Of a stretch of 49,822 bases of DNA, positions 20,103 through 28,716 are shown one piece after another. The notes under the pieces were generated by a model. It was not told the DNA's origin. It saw only the letters and a program-made list of their open reading frames with translations, and did not search any database. Position numbers and translations under genes: made by a program. Position 1 is the first letter of the stretch, and every line of letters starts with the position of its first letter. This stretch comes from a bacterium (lineage in GTDB: Bacteria > Patescibacteriota > Minisyncoccia > Minisyncoccales > CG1-02-41-26): contig JAGGVK010000040.1 of the NCBI GenBank assembly GCA_021158045.1, positions 1 through 49,822 of the forward strand. The letters run 5' to 3'.

Positions 20103-20972
20103 TTATTTATAACAGGTTTTTAGGTACCAATTAATTATATTCGGTCCCCAAAATAAGGCAATAAAGGTTCCTGCTACCAGAAACGGGCCAAATGGCATCT
20201 TGCTTTTAAGCGTCTTTCTGTGGCTGGTCACCAAGCCTAACCCTATTATAGCACCAATGAGAAAAGCAAAAAACAAAGCAACAAAAATGCGAGGATATCC
20301 CAAAAAAAGCCCTATAAAAAAACCCAACTTCACATCTCCAAAACCCATCCAGCGACCGCGAGATATCAGCCACAAAAGAAAGAAAAACCCTCCTGCGCCA
20401 AAAGCGGAATATATAGCCTCTATCATCTTGTGTTGAGCGCAGAAACCTAAAAAAACACCCGATAGCAAATACCAGACAATAGATATTATTATTGCCGGAT
20501 AAATTATTTTATCTGGAATAATATAATGTTTAAGGTCGTAAACAAAAATAACAACTAAAAGAGAAGAAACGGTCAACAAATAGAAAAGATTAATAAGAGT
20601 TCGAAAATTAAAAATTGGAAAACCATTGAAAATCGGAAAGCCCGTTCTCTGAAACATAAAATTGCCTAATGGGATGGAAAAATTGAAAATTAGAAGAAAA
20701 ATCAACCCTGTTGACACCTCCACTATTGGATATTGCCAAGAGATTTTCTTTCCGCAATACCTACATTTTCCCTTTAAGATTAGAAAGCTCAAAACAGGAA
20801 TCAAATCATACCATCGCAAAATATGCCCGCATTTTGGACAATGAGACCGCCCTTTCAAAATACTCTCATTTGCACGCAGGCGGTATATTACGCTATTTAA
20901 AAAACTGCCAATGTCCATTCCGAGAACAAAAACAATTAGATAAAAAATAAGAAAAATGTATGCCATACACAA
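20103..20972 (-). CDS. pilD: Prepilin peptidase (A24 family) PilD
   Basis: It has N-terminal Cys pairs (CPKCGH...CRYCGKKI) and the two aspartyl motifs (VYDLKHYIIPD; MGFGDVKLG). It is polytopic. Confidence 0.9.
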   Translation of the reverse strand: MCMAYIFLIFYLIVFVLGMDIGSFLNSVIYRLRANESILKGRSHCPKCGHILRWYDLIPVLSFLILKGKCRYCGKKISWQYPIVEVSTGLIFLLIFNFSIPLGNFMFQRTGFPIFNGFPIFNFRTLINLFYLLTVSSLLVVIFVYDLKHYIIPDKIIYPAIIISIVWYLLSGVFLGFCAQHKMIEAIYSAFGAGGFFFLLWLISRGRWMGFGDVKLGFFIGLFLGYPRIFVALFFAFLIGAIIGLGLVTSHRKTLKSKMPFGPFLVAGTFIALFWGPNIINWYLKTCYK

Positions 20973-21025
20973 AATAAAGAGATACGCAATTTAAAGAAAT
21001 AACTGATGTTTCCCAAGGCTTCTTT

Positions 21026-21060
21026 GGCAACAAATCGCTGCGATGTGCTGGTTTGTTACC
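21026..21060. repeat. Left copy of a hairpin-forming inverted repeat (GGCAACAAA-N17-TTTGTTACC)
   Basis: It is the reverse complement of 21414-21446 in about 30 of 33-35 positions, including the loop (TCGCTGCGATGTGCTGG versus the rc TTGCTGCGGTGTCTG). Confidence 0.6.
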
Positions 21061-21392
21061 ATTAAAGCTTACTCTTCCAGAAGTTTTTATCAGCCCCTTC
21101 TCTTATCAACTTTGTCAATTGCAAAAAATAAACACTCCACCCTCTAAGCCATGCTGGGTTAACTCCCATAAAACTTTTTTGGGAACACTTAAAATTATTA
21201 CTCTCAACTTCCTATCCCGTCTTTTGTCTAAAATAGAATATCCATCTCTAAGTATAAGCTACCAACTTTTTCCCTTGTTCTATTAAAATAAACTTTTACC
21301 TTAGACTCTTTCCTAATAAGCCCTTATTTCTCTAAACGAGAAAGATACCCCATCTGAAACATAGGCAGTAAGATAGTTAGCCTTGGAATTCC

Positions 21393-21421
21393 ATTATACC
21401 ATACAGCCAGAGAGGCAACAA
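21393..21421 (-). promoter_or_regulatory. Candidate sigma70-type promoter with extended -10, reading toward pilD
   Basis: The minus strand reads TTGTTG-(17 nt)-TATAAT with TGg immediately upstream of the -10. It lies downstream of the pilin terminator and upstream of pilD. The -35 lies inside the right inverted repeat. Confidence 0.45.
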
Positions 21422-21446
21422 ACAGACACCGCAGCAATTTGTTGCC
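21414..21446. repeat. Right copy of the hairpin-forming inverted repeat (GGCAACAAA-N15-TTTGTTGCC)
   Basis: The 9-bp arms are perfect. It is the inverted partner of 21026-21060. Weaker similarity extends outward (CCAAG at 21013-17 versus CTTGG at 21454-58). Confidence 0.6.
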
Positions 21447-21502
21447 TTACAAACTTGGAAACAATTTGAAAACAATTTTCTCTTGAAACTGTCCCATTTA
21501 AA

Positions 21503-21530
21503 AGAGGCTGCTCCTTTTAGAGCAGCCTCT
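21503..21530 (-). terminator. Intrinsic terminator after the major pilin genes
   Basis: AGAGGCTGCTC-ctttta-GAGCAGCCTCT is a perfect 11-bp stem lying about 20 nt after the pilin stop codon. On the minus strand it is followed by TTTTAAAT. Confidence 0.65.
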
Positions 21531-21551
21531 TAATAAATCAATCCTTCAGCA

Positions 21552-21989
21552 CTAATCACTACAATCATCGGGGCAAACACCACTCTTGCCATCACCGCTA
21601 GGATCAGTAGTACAATAACCCGCTATTCCATTGCTGTCAGCACAATACCACATTTTTCCTCCCTTCCCTCCTTTTAACTTAGCGTATATACAGGTAGTAG
21701 TAGAATTAGGCGAGGGAGCATATTCAATAGTCGTGGAAGAATCTGCATTATTATTTATATCCTTACAGAGATTAACCATCTGAGAGGAGGTGCAGGTAAA
21801 ATTGTCGTAATTACCGTCTTCAGAATAGATAAAAGCAGCAACAGTTCTTGCCTGAGTAATAGCGGAGATAACTCTTGCATCTTTTGCCTTTTTGGTAGCG
21901 CCCGGGAAAGTAATTAATACAACGGAAGCTAAAATGCCAATAATGGCAATTACAACTAAAAGCTCTATTAATGTAAAACCTTTTTCCAT
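21552..21989 (-). CDS. Type IV major pilin (PilA-like), Cys-rich C-terminal domain
   Basis: MEKG|FTLIELLVVIAIIGILASVVL. There are 7 Cys in the globular part. Confidence 0.85.
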   Translation of the reverse strand: MEKGFTLIELLVVIAIIGILASVVLITFPGATKKAKDARVISAITQARTVAAFIYSEDGNYDNFTCTSSQMVNLCKDINNNADSSTTIEYAPSPNSTTTCIYAKLKGGKGGKMWYCADSNGIAGYCTTDPSGDGKSGVCPDDCSD

Positions 21990-22071
21990 ATTTTTTTTCT
22001 TTATTTAAATTCGACCTTTTTTGTATGCTCGTATTATATCTATTTTAACTCTTTTGTTTAGCAAGTCAAAT

Positions 22072-22530
22072 CTATTCACAAGAACAATCATTATCCCCTC
22101 TGCAGTCTGCAGCACAAGCGCCACCCAATACCGGTGAAGTAAGGTATTCTTTTGCCCTTAAATCCCCGTCCACGCAAAAGTATTTTCCTGACCCGGGAAG
22201 GTGCGCAACAGCACAGAACCCTTTTCCATCATCATTAACATTTACTGTAATGTCTTCATCGCTTTCCTGTTCAATGTCATCACAAAGAACCTTAATATCT
22301 GAATTTTGGCAACTGCAGATTTTGTTTGAAACAGTGCATTGAACACTGCCATAATTCCCTTCATTGGCATATAGAATACTTGCTTTTGTGCGCAACTGGC
22401 TCATATCAGAAACAATTCTTGAATCTTGAGCCCTTTGCACAGCCCCAGGAAAAGAAATCAAAACAGCAGAAGCCAAAATGCCTATGATGGTGATAACAAC
22501 CAAGAGCTCAATTAATGTAAAACCTTTCAT
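22072..22530 (-). CDS. Type IV major pilin paralog (PilA-like), Cys-rich
   Basis: MKG|FTLIELLVVITIIGILASAVL. There are 10 Cys, ending ...CAADCRGDNDCSCE. Confidence 0.85.
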   Translation of the reverse strand: MKGFTLIELLVVITIIGILASAVLISFPGAVQRAQDSRIVSDMSQLRTKASILYANEGNYGSVQCTVSNKICSCQNSDIKVLCDDIEQESDEDITVNVNDDGKGFCAVAHLPGSGKYFCVDGDLRAKEYLTSPVLGGACAADCRGDNDCSCE

Positions 22531-22644
22531 AAATTTAAAAACTTATAAACTTATAAATTTAAAACACTGTTTGCTTTTTTCATTAACAATCTCATTTCTG
22601 TCCTTCATCATTATATTATATATCAAACTCATACAATTTCCATT

Positions 22645-23865
22645 TCAACTACCTAAGCCAGAAAAACCAGCCCGAAATATGGGAAAAAGCACGCCAACAG
22701 CCAGAATTGCTACAACAACGCCCAAAACTAAAATCAGAATTGGTTCCAAAAGTTTCACAAAACTATTAATCATCCTGTCTGTTTCTGCCTGATAAAACTT
22801 AACAACCTCCATAAGAGTGTCCTCCAAATGGCCTGTTTTCTCTCCTGTAAAAACCATTTGAGTTAAAAATGGGGGCACTAACTTTGGATAATCGCCCAAA
22901 ACTGAGCTAATATTCTCTCCTCTAAAAACTCTTTTTCTTATTTTTTCAATAATCTCCTTATAAGGAACATTATCAATTACATCTCTGGTAATTTGCAAAG
23001 CCTGGGTAATAGGCACCCCTGCTTTTATTAAGACCGAAAGGCTTTCGCAAAATTGCGTGAGGTAAACTTTCTTATAAAAATCTCTCAGAAGAGGCACTTT
23101 GAGAACAAAAGCGCCCCAGATATTCTTCCCTTTTTTTGATTTTTTAAAAAACATAACCAAAGCTCCTAAGGCAATTAGAAAAGCCAAAACTATAATCCAT
23201 CCCCCGCGCGACATAAAACCAACAAGAGATATAAGAAACTTTGTTTGCGCAGGGAGTTTTCCTCCAAACGCTTTTAAAACAACCATCAACTTTGGCATGA
23301 CAAAAGTTCCCAGAACAAAAAATATGGCTATAAAAACAAAAACAATAAAAGCGGGATAGACCATTGCTCCTCTAATCTTGGCCCTCAGGGCATATTCTTT
23401 CTCCAAGTGGTCGGCTAAATAAGATAAGGCATCATCAATTTTTCCTGAAGCCTCTCCTGATTTAACGCAACTTATATAAAAAGAATTAAAAACTTTTGGA
23501 TATAAAGAAAGAGCCTGGCTTAAAGAACTGCCGCTTTCCACCGCCTCCGCCATTCCCAGAAGCACGCTTCGCAAGTTTGAATTTGAAACTTGCGCAACCT
23601 GTATTCTTAAAGCCTCATCTATTGCTATACCAGATTTCAACATTACCGCCAAACGACGCGCCAGAGACATAAAGTCTTTTTTAGGAATTTTCCCAAAAAA
23701 CAATCCCCCAAAGGGAGAGACGCCTTTTAATTTTACCTCGTTTAAAGAAACAACATAAAACCCATATTTCTCCAAAAGAGCCAAAGCCTGCTGCTTGGAA
23801 ACAGTTTCAAGAAAGCCCTTTATTATCTTTCCCTCCTTAGTTTCAGCTTTATAAGCAAATCGCAT
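22645..23865 (-). CDS. pilC: Type IV pilus platform protein PilC (GspF family)
   Basis: 406 aa with two T2SS-F repeats and 3 TM segments. It sits in the typical position next to the ATPases. Confidence 0.9.
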   Translation of the reverse strand: MRFAYKAETKEGKIIKGFLETVSKQQALALLEKYGFYVVSLNEVKLKGVSPFGGLFFGKIPKKDFMSLARRLAVMLKSGIAIDEALRIQVAQVSNSNLRSVLLGMAEAVESGSSLSQALSLYPKVFNSFYISCVKSGEASGKIDDALSYLADHLEKEYALRAKIRGAMVYPAFIVFVFIAIFFVLGTFVMPKLMVVLKAFGGKLPAQTKFLISLVGFMSRGGWIIVLAFLIALGALVMFFKKSKKGKNIWGAFVLKVPLLRDFYKKVYLTQFCESLSVLIKAGVPITQALQITRDVIDNVPYKEIIEKIRKRVFRGENISSVLGDYPKLVPPFLTQMVFTGEKTGHLEDTLMEVVKFYQAETDRMINSFVKLLEPILILVLGVVVAILAVGVLFPIFRAGFSGLGS

Positions 23866-23870
23866 AAAAA

Positions 23871-24941
23871 TTATTTTGACAGCCGGCTTTGTATGTCATG
23901 CAAATTCCGAGCATATTTCAAAGCCACTTCCTCAGTAATCTCGCCTATGTTTACTAATTCCACCAAAGATTGGTCAAAAGAAACCATTCCATCTTTCCTA
24001 GAAGTTTCAATCACAGAAGGAATCTCATGAATCTTGTTCTCTCTAATTAGGTTACTAACAGCCGGCGTAGAAAATAAAACTTCGCAGGCAGGAATAAACC
24101 CCCCCTTGCTTCTGGGCAAAAGCCTCTGGGCTATTATTCCTAAAAGCGAACCTGACAATTGGGCTCTAATTTGATTCTGTTGAAAAGCGGGAAAAACATC
24201 TACAATCCTGTGTATTGCTTGGCTAGAAGAATTTGTATGCAAAGTGGCAAAAACCAAGTGCCCTGTTTCTGCTGCTGTTAAGGTAATTGAGATTGTTTCT
24301 AAGTCTCTCATTTCTCCTACCATAATAACATCCGGGTCTTCTCTTAAAGTTGACCTCAAAGCCTTAGCAAAACTTAAAGTGTCTCTATGAACTTCTCTTT
24401 GGTCTATAATAGATTGGTCATCTTGAAAAACATACTCAATAGGGTCCTCAATTGTAATAATATGCTCTTTTCTTTTATGGTTTATTTCGTCAATAAGTGC
24501 AGCTAAAGTCGTTGACTTCCCTTGAGAAGAAGCGCCTGTAATAAGCACCAGCCCTTGCAAGGCTTGAGTGAATTTATGCAAAACTATTGGCAGATTTAAT
24601 TCTTCCAGAGTCCTAATTTTTTCTGGAATTAACCTCAAAGCGACACTAACCGAGCCTCTCTGAAAAAAAATACTGGCTCTAAACCTAACGTTTTCTTCTT
24701 CAAAGTCGTAAGAAAAATCTATCTCTTTTTCTTCCAAAAACTTCTTCCACTGCAATTCGCTTGTTAACAAAAAAGCCAATTCTTGTGCGTCTTTCGGCTC
24801 AATAACTTTCTCTTCTTTTAATTCCACTAAAACTCTGGTAATTCTTAAAACAGGACGATGCCCGACAGAAATGTGAACATCAGAAGCGCCTTTTTGAATC
24901 GCTTTTTTTAGAAGCCCCCTAAGTTGTTTTTTATAATCCAT
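23871..24941 (-). CDS. pilT: Type IV pilus retraction ATPase PilT
   Basis: 356 aa. It has ASDVHI, Walker A GASSQGKST, IITIEDPIEY, DPDVIMVGEMRD and the GHLVFATLHTN His box. Confidence 0.9.
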   Translation of the reverse strand: MDYKKQLRGLLKKAIQKGASDVHISVGHRPVLRITRVLVELKEEKVIEPKDAQELAFLLTSELQWKKFLEEKEIDFSYDFEEENVRFRASIFFQRGSVSVALRLIPEKIRTLEELNLPIVLHKFTQALQGLVLITGASSQGKSTTLAALIDEINHKRKEHIITIEDPIEYVFQDDQSIIDQREVHRDTLSFAKALRSTLREDPDVIMVGEMRDLETISITLTAAETGHLVFATLHTNSSSQAIHRIVDVFPAFQQNQIRAQLSGSLLGIIAQRLLPRSKGGFIPACEVLFSTPAVSNLIRENKIHEIPSVIETSRKDGMVSFDQSLVELVNIGEITEEVALKYARNLHDIQSRLSK

Positions 24942-25031
24942 AAATTGTAAGAGTTAATTAATTAAGGGAAAAAGCCATTAAATTAACTAAAAATAATTTT
25001 GGAATTAACCACCTCTTTATCTTCAATTTTG

Positions 25032-25403
25032 TCATTTGGTTTGCAATACTTCCTTTATTATTTTCACTACTTCGCTTGGTGTGTAGTGCGCTTTTATTAA
25101 ATACTTTGCCACTCCCAATTTTTTAGCCTTTATAACATCGCTTTCTTGGCCCAAATTAGAAAGCACTATTACCTTAAGATTGTTCAATTTTGCATTCTTT
25201 CTTATATTTTCCAAAATTTCCCAACCATCCATATTCGGCAAAACAATATCCAATATCAGAAGACCAAATTTTCCTTGTTGAAGTTTCTTAAGAACTGCCA
25301 AACCATCCTTCGCCGCTATCACTTTGAAACCCGAGTCCTCTAAGCGGCGCCTATAAATATCAATTAAGAATGGGTCATCTTCAGCCAGAAGTATTGATTT
25401 CAT
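25032..25403 (-). CDS. Stand-alone response-regulator receiver domain (CheY/PilH-like)
   Basis: 123 aa. It has LLAEDDPF, LLILDIVLPNMDG (phospho-acceptor Asp) and VLSNLG...K. Confidence 0.85.
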   Translation of the reverse strand: MKSILLAEDDPFLIDIYRRRLEDSGFKVIAAKDGLAVLKKLQQGKFGLLILDIVLPNMDGWEILENIRKNAKLNNLKVIVLSNLGQESDVIKAKKLGVAKYLIKAHYTPSEVVKIIKEVLQTK

Positions 25404-25471
25404 AAAATTTCTTTAAAATCTTTATTTATTATACGCCTTTATAAAACTAAATTTTGTACACCCAAAAGTCC

Positions 25472-27205
25472 CTACGACTTCTCTTTAATAACTCTCATTA
25501 CTTCTTCAACAGAAGTTACTCCCTCAAGAGCCTTTAATATCCCATCCATTTCCATAGAAACCATCCCTTGAGACTTTGCTTCAGCTAAAAGCCTATCTCT
25601 TTGCATCCCACTAGTTAGAATTCTGGCTAAATCATCAGTCATTTTTAAAACTTCAAAAACGCCTGTCCTGCCAGCGTAACCCTTAAACTTACACTTTTTG
25701 CAGCCTTTTGGCTCATAAAGATAAAGAGGTTGTTTTAAGGCCTTCATTTTTCCTATTGCTTCCTGAGGCAAAGATTCAATCTTTTTTAATATAAAATCTC
25801 TCATCTTTTTATCCGCCTTTACCTTCTTCTTGCAAAAAGGACAAAGAACCCTTACCAACCTTTGGGAAAGAACAAGCAAGAGAGAAGGCGGAATTAGAAA
25901 AGGCTCAATACCCATATCAATTAATCGGGGGATAGCGCCTAAGGCATTGTTCGTGTGAAGGGTTGAGAGAACAATATGGCCAGTCAAGGCAGCGTGCACA
26001 GCAAGTTCCGCTGTTTCTTTATCTCTTATTTCCCCTACCATAATAACATCTGGGTCTTGCCTTAATATTTGCCGAAGCCCCCGAGCAAAAGTATAATTAA
26101 TTTCCGGCTTAATTTGTGATTGGCTTACACCATTAATAGAATACTCCACCGGATCTTCCAGAGTTACAACATTAACTTGGTCCTTGTTAAGATTTCGCAA
26201 GATTGAATACAAAGTGGTAGTTTTTCCTGAGCTTGTGGGGCCAGTAACTAAAATCATCCCATAAGGTTTAGTAATTGCTTCTTTTACCAACTTGAAGTTC
26301 CTTTCACTTAATCCTAAATCTGTTAAAGATTTAAGCCCTTGGGAAGGGTCAAGCACCCTAATAGCTATTTTTTCACCTAATGTTGTAGGAAAAGTAGAAA
26401 CCCGGAAATCAATCATTTCCCCCCCAATATTAGCTGAAAACCGGCCATCTTGAGGAATTCTTGTTTCATCAATTTTCAAACCGGACAAAATCTTAATTCT
26501 AACCACAATTGCTGGATGAATTGCTTTAGGCAAAAGCAAAGAAGAGTGCAAGATGCCATCTAATCTATAACGGACTCTTAAATTATCCTTGGTTGGTTCA
26601 ATATGAATATCTGAAGCCTTTCCGTCAACTGCTTGCTTTAAAATAACGGCTACTATTTTAATCACTGGCGCTTCTTCCATTGTGGCTTTAAATTTCACAG
26701 CCTTCCCTGATATTTTAGTTCCCTTTTCCGCCTTAATTTCTGCCTCTAGTTTCGCTAAAGCCCGTTTCATTTCTTGCTTAGGAGCACGGTATTTTGCAAT
26801 ACAACTTTTAAAGCCCGATAATGTTATGAGAAAAATTTTATATTCAAATTTCTGTTGTCGGGCTAAAAACTTCAATGCTTCTTGGGCTTCAATGCGCTCA
26901 GGATAAACCATTCCTATTTCAAGCACACCGTTTTTAATTTCCAAAGGAACTGCCTTGTAATATTGCGCGGATTCTTTTGAGATTATTTCCAAAATCCTTG
27001 GAGGAATGCTGTCAGGCATTTCTCTTCTAAAAGGAATTTTTAAAAGGTGGGACTTTAATTCAAACAAGGTATCCTCGGGCATAATTTTTTCTTCCAAAAT
27101 AATCTCCTCTGCTGTCTTCTGCGTTTGCCTTATTTTTGTCCTTAAGCCAATTGCTGTTTGAGGACTCACAATCTTGTTTTTAACTAATTGTTGGATAATA
27201 TCCAT
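25472..27205 (-). CDS. pilB: Type IV pilus assembly ATPase PilB (GspE family)
   Basis: It has an N-terminal T2SSE_N-like domain, Walker A GPTSSGKTTT, DPDVIMVGEIRD, GHIVLSTLHTN and a tetracysteine CPFCKK...CKKCKFKGYAGR. Confidence 0.92.
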   Translation of the reverse strand: MDIIQQLVKNKIVSPQTAIGLRTKIRQTQKTAEEIILEEKIMPEDTLFELKSHLLKIPFRREMPDSIPPRILEIISKESAQYYKAVPLEIKNGVLEIGMVYPERIEAQEALKFLARQQKFEYKIFLITLSGFKSCIAKYRAPKQEMKRALAKLEAEIKAEKGTKISGKAVKFKATMEEAPVIKIVAVILKQAVDGKASDIHIEPTKDNLRVRYRLDGILHSSLLLPKAIHPAIVVRIKILSGLKIDETRIPQDGRFSANIGGEMIDFRVSTFPTTLGEKIAIRVLDPSQGLKSLTDLGLSERNFKLVKEAITKPYGMILVTGPTSSGKTTTLYSILRNLNKDQVNVVTLEDPVEYSINGVSQSQIKPEINYTFARGLRQILRQDPDVIMVGEIRDKETAELAVHAALTGHIVLSTLHTNNALGAIPRLIDMGIEPFLIPPSLLLVLSQRLVRVLCPFCKKKVKADKKMRDFILKKIESLPQEAIGKMKALKQPLYLYEPKGCKKCKFKGYAGRTGVFEVLKMTDDLARILTSGMQRDRLLAEAKSQGMVSMEMDGILKALEGVTSVEEVMRVIKEKS

Positions 27206-27245
27206 AAATTTTATATTTAAACGAATTCTCTCTATAGATTGCTAT

Positions 27246-27611
27246 TCAGCCATTGCCGCCCTTAAAAACCGGCAATTCTATGGAAGGTAGCATTAAGAAT
27301 GAAGTGGAAGTTGAAACTGGAGAAACTGGAGTTATCGTCTCCTCGGTTGGAGAAAGTTGATAGGGAACGAATGGGTTGCTTCTCCCAAATTTCTTCGGCA
27401 AAGATATTTTTTTAACAAGTATAAGCTCCTTGAAATTTTTCTGGTCAAAAACCTGAAAATTTACAGTAAATTTTGCATTTTGAGGAAAAATAGATAAAGA
27501 AGAAAGGCTCCTCTTTAAGAAAACCTCCTTGTAGAGGATGAATACGCTTGCTACTGCCAGAATAACCGCTAAGTATATAGTTGGCTTATCAATTTTCTTT
27601 TCGTGTTGCAT
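27246..27611 (-). CDS. Membrane-anchored hypothetical protein, PilP-like by position
   Basis: It has a single N-terminal TM segment and a GRSNPF motif reminiscent of the R-D/N-P-F motif of PilP-type proteins. It follows the PilO-like gene. Confidence 0.4.
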   Translation of the reverse strand: MQHEKKIDKPTIYLAVILAVASVFILYKEVFLKRSLSSLSIFPQNAKFTVNFQVFDQKNFKELILVKKISLPKKFGRSNPFVPYQLSPTEETITPVSPVSTSTSFLMLPSIELPVFKGGNG

Positions 27612-27612
27612 T

Positions 27613-28137
27613 TTATAGGAAATAATAAGACTCTATTAACAATTTAAAATCAAAAAGCCCATCTTTATAACCCCCAACAGTAACATTTTCAATGCTTACT
27701 AAACGGGAAGATTTCTCCAATAAGCTGGCAAATTTCTTCAAACTTTCATAATCCCCTCTTAATTCTAACCCTAAACTGAATTTCTTAATCTTTTGGTTGG
27801 GAAAACCCCCTTTACTCCTAAACGATTCTATGCCTATGCTTTTGAGAACCGCGCCGCTTTGACTGGCGCTCTGCTCTAAATAATCTAACAAAGGCGGCAA
27901 AGAGGGAGTTTTAGCAATTGCGCTTTCAACCTTTTCAAGGTTCTCAGGATGCGATTGGATTGTTTTGAAAGCCTTCCTAAGATTCGTAAAATATTGCTCA
28001 CCCTGAGAAATTTGGAGAGCCTGCTCTTTTATCTTCTCTTGAAGGTCCAGATAAAGGGAATGCTCTGGCAAAGTAAAAAAACTAAAAGTAACCACACTGA
28101 GGAATAAAAATATTGGAATAAATATGGAGCGTTTCAT
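27613..28137 (-). CDS. pilO: PilO-like pilus alignment protein
   Basis: Topology is TM, coiled coil, then a C-terminal alpha/beta domain (LGLELRGDYESLKKFASLLEKSSRLVSIENV). It occupies the third position of pilMNO. Confidence 0.55.
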   Translation of the reverse strand: MKRSIFIPIFLFLSVVTFSFFTLPEHSLYLDLQEKIKEQALQISQGEQYFTNLRKAFKTIQSHPENLEKVESAIAKTPSLPPLLDYLEQSASQSGAVLKSIGIESFRSKGGFPNQKIKKFSLGLELRGDYESLKKFASLLEKSSRLVSIENVTVGGYKDGLFDFKLLIESYYFL

Positions 28138-28161
28138 TTTACAATAAGTTTATAGTTTAAA

Positions 28162-28707
28162 TTATTCTTCTCCTTCTGCTGGAAGAAATATCTTAGGATT
28201 GAGCAATAACTCCAAGCTAAAGTCAATGCCGCCTGTTTTATTAAAACTTACTTTACGAAGTTTAACATCTTCTACAAACTTGTTTTCCCTTTGAAGTAAC
28301 ATCTGTTCCCCTAAATCCCTAAAGTTCTCTGTGTGGCCGTCTAATCTAAGCTTGCCATCTTTAACGTTTAAATTCATATTATCAAAGAAAACTTGTGGAT
28401 GGGTTGTATTTTCAAGCAAAACGAAAAAACGGGAAACAACTTTCCTCTTTTCAAAAACTTCCCAAAAATCCTTTAAAGTTTTCTTTGCTTCCAACATTTC
28501 TTTTTCTATAACTTCGTCCTCTGGTGTTTTGATTTTAGAAATCAATATTTTATTTTCTTCAAACTTCTTTTTCAAAGGATTAACTTTAAACTGCAGCCAA
28601 ACAGTAACTGCAACAGAACCCATTAAAACAATTAGAGAAAAATAGAAAAGAAAAGCAGTTATTGGGGAAGGTTTAATTTTTTCTCTTGGAATTAACCCTT
28701 GAGGCAT
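28162..28707 (-). CDS. pilN: PilN-like pilus alignment protein
   Basis: It has a short cytoplasmic N-terminus, a single TM segment and a coiled coil. It lies directly after pilM. Confidence 0.55.
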   Translation of the reverse strand: MPQGLIPREKIKPSPITAFLFYFSLIVLMGSVAVTVWLQFKVNPLKKKFEENKILISKIKTPEDEVIEKEMLEAKKTLKDFWEVFEKRKVVSRFFVLLENTTHPQVFFDNMNLNVKDGKLRLDGHTENFRDLGEQMLLQRENKFVEDVKLRKVSFNKTGGIDFSLELLLNPKIFLPAEGEE

Positions 28708-28716
28708 AATATAGTT

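Noticed and set aside
21053-21286. 77-aa plus-strand ORF in the pilus-locus gap
   Set aside because: It has no RBS and a non-ATG start, its translation is low complexity, and it is oriented against the only credible promoter in the gap.
20973-21400. Possible RNase P RNA / other housekeeping ncRNA on the minus strand (AGGAAAGAGUC and ACAAAAGACGGG resemble P4 strands)
   Set aside because: The two motifs are imperfect and only about 85 nt apart, whereas the P4 strands are separated by the whole specificity domain. No GGUGAAA-type or other conserved regions were seen. The region is kept only as a generic structured-leader possibility.
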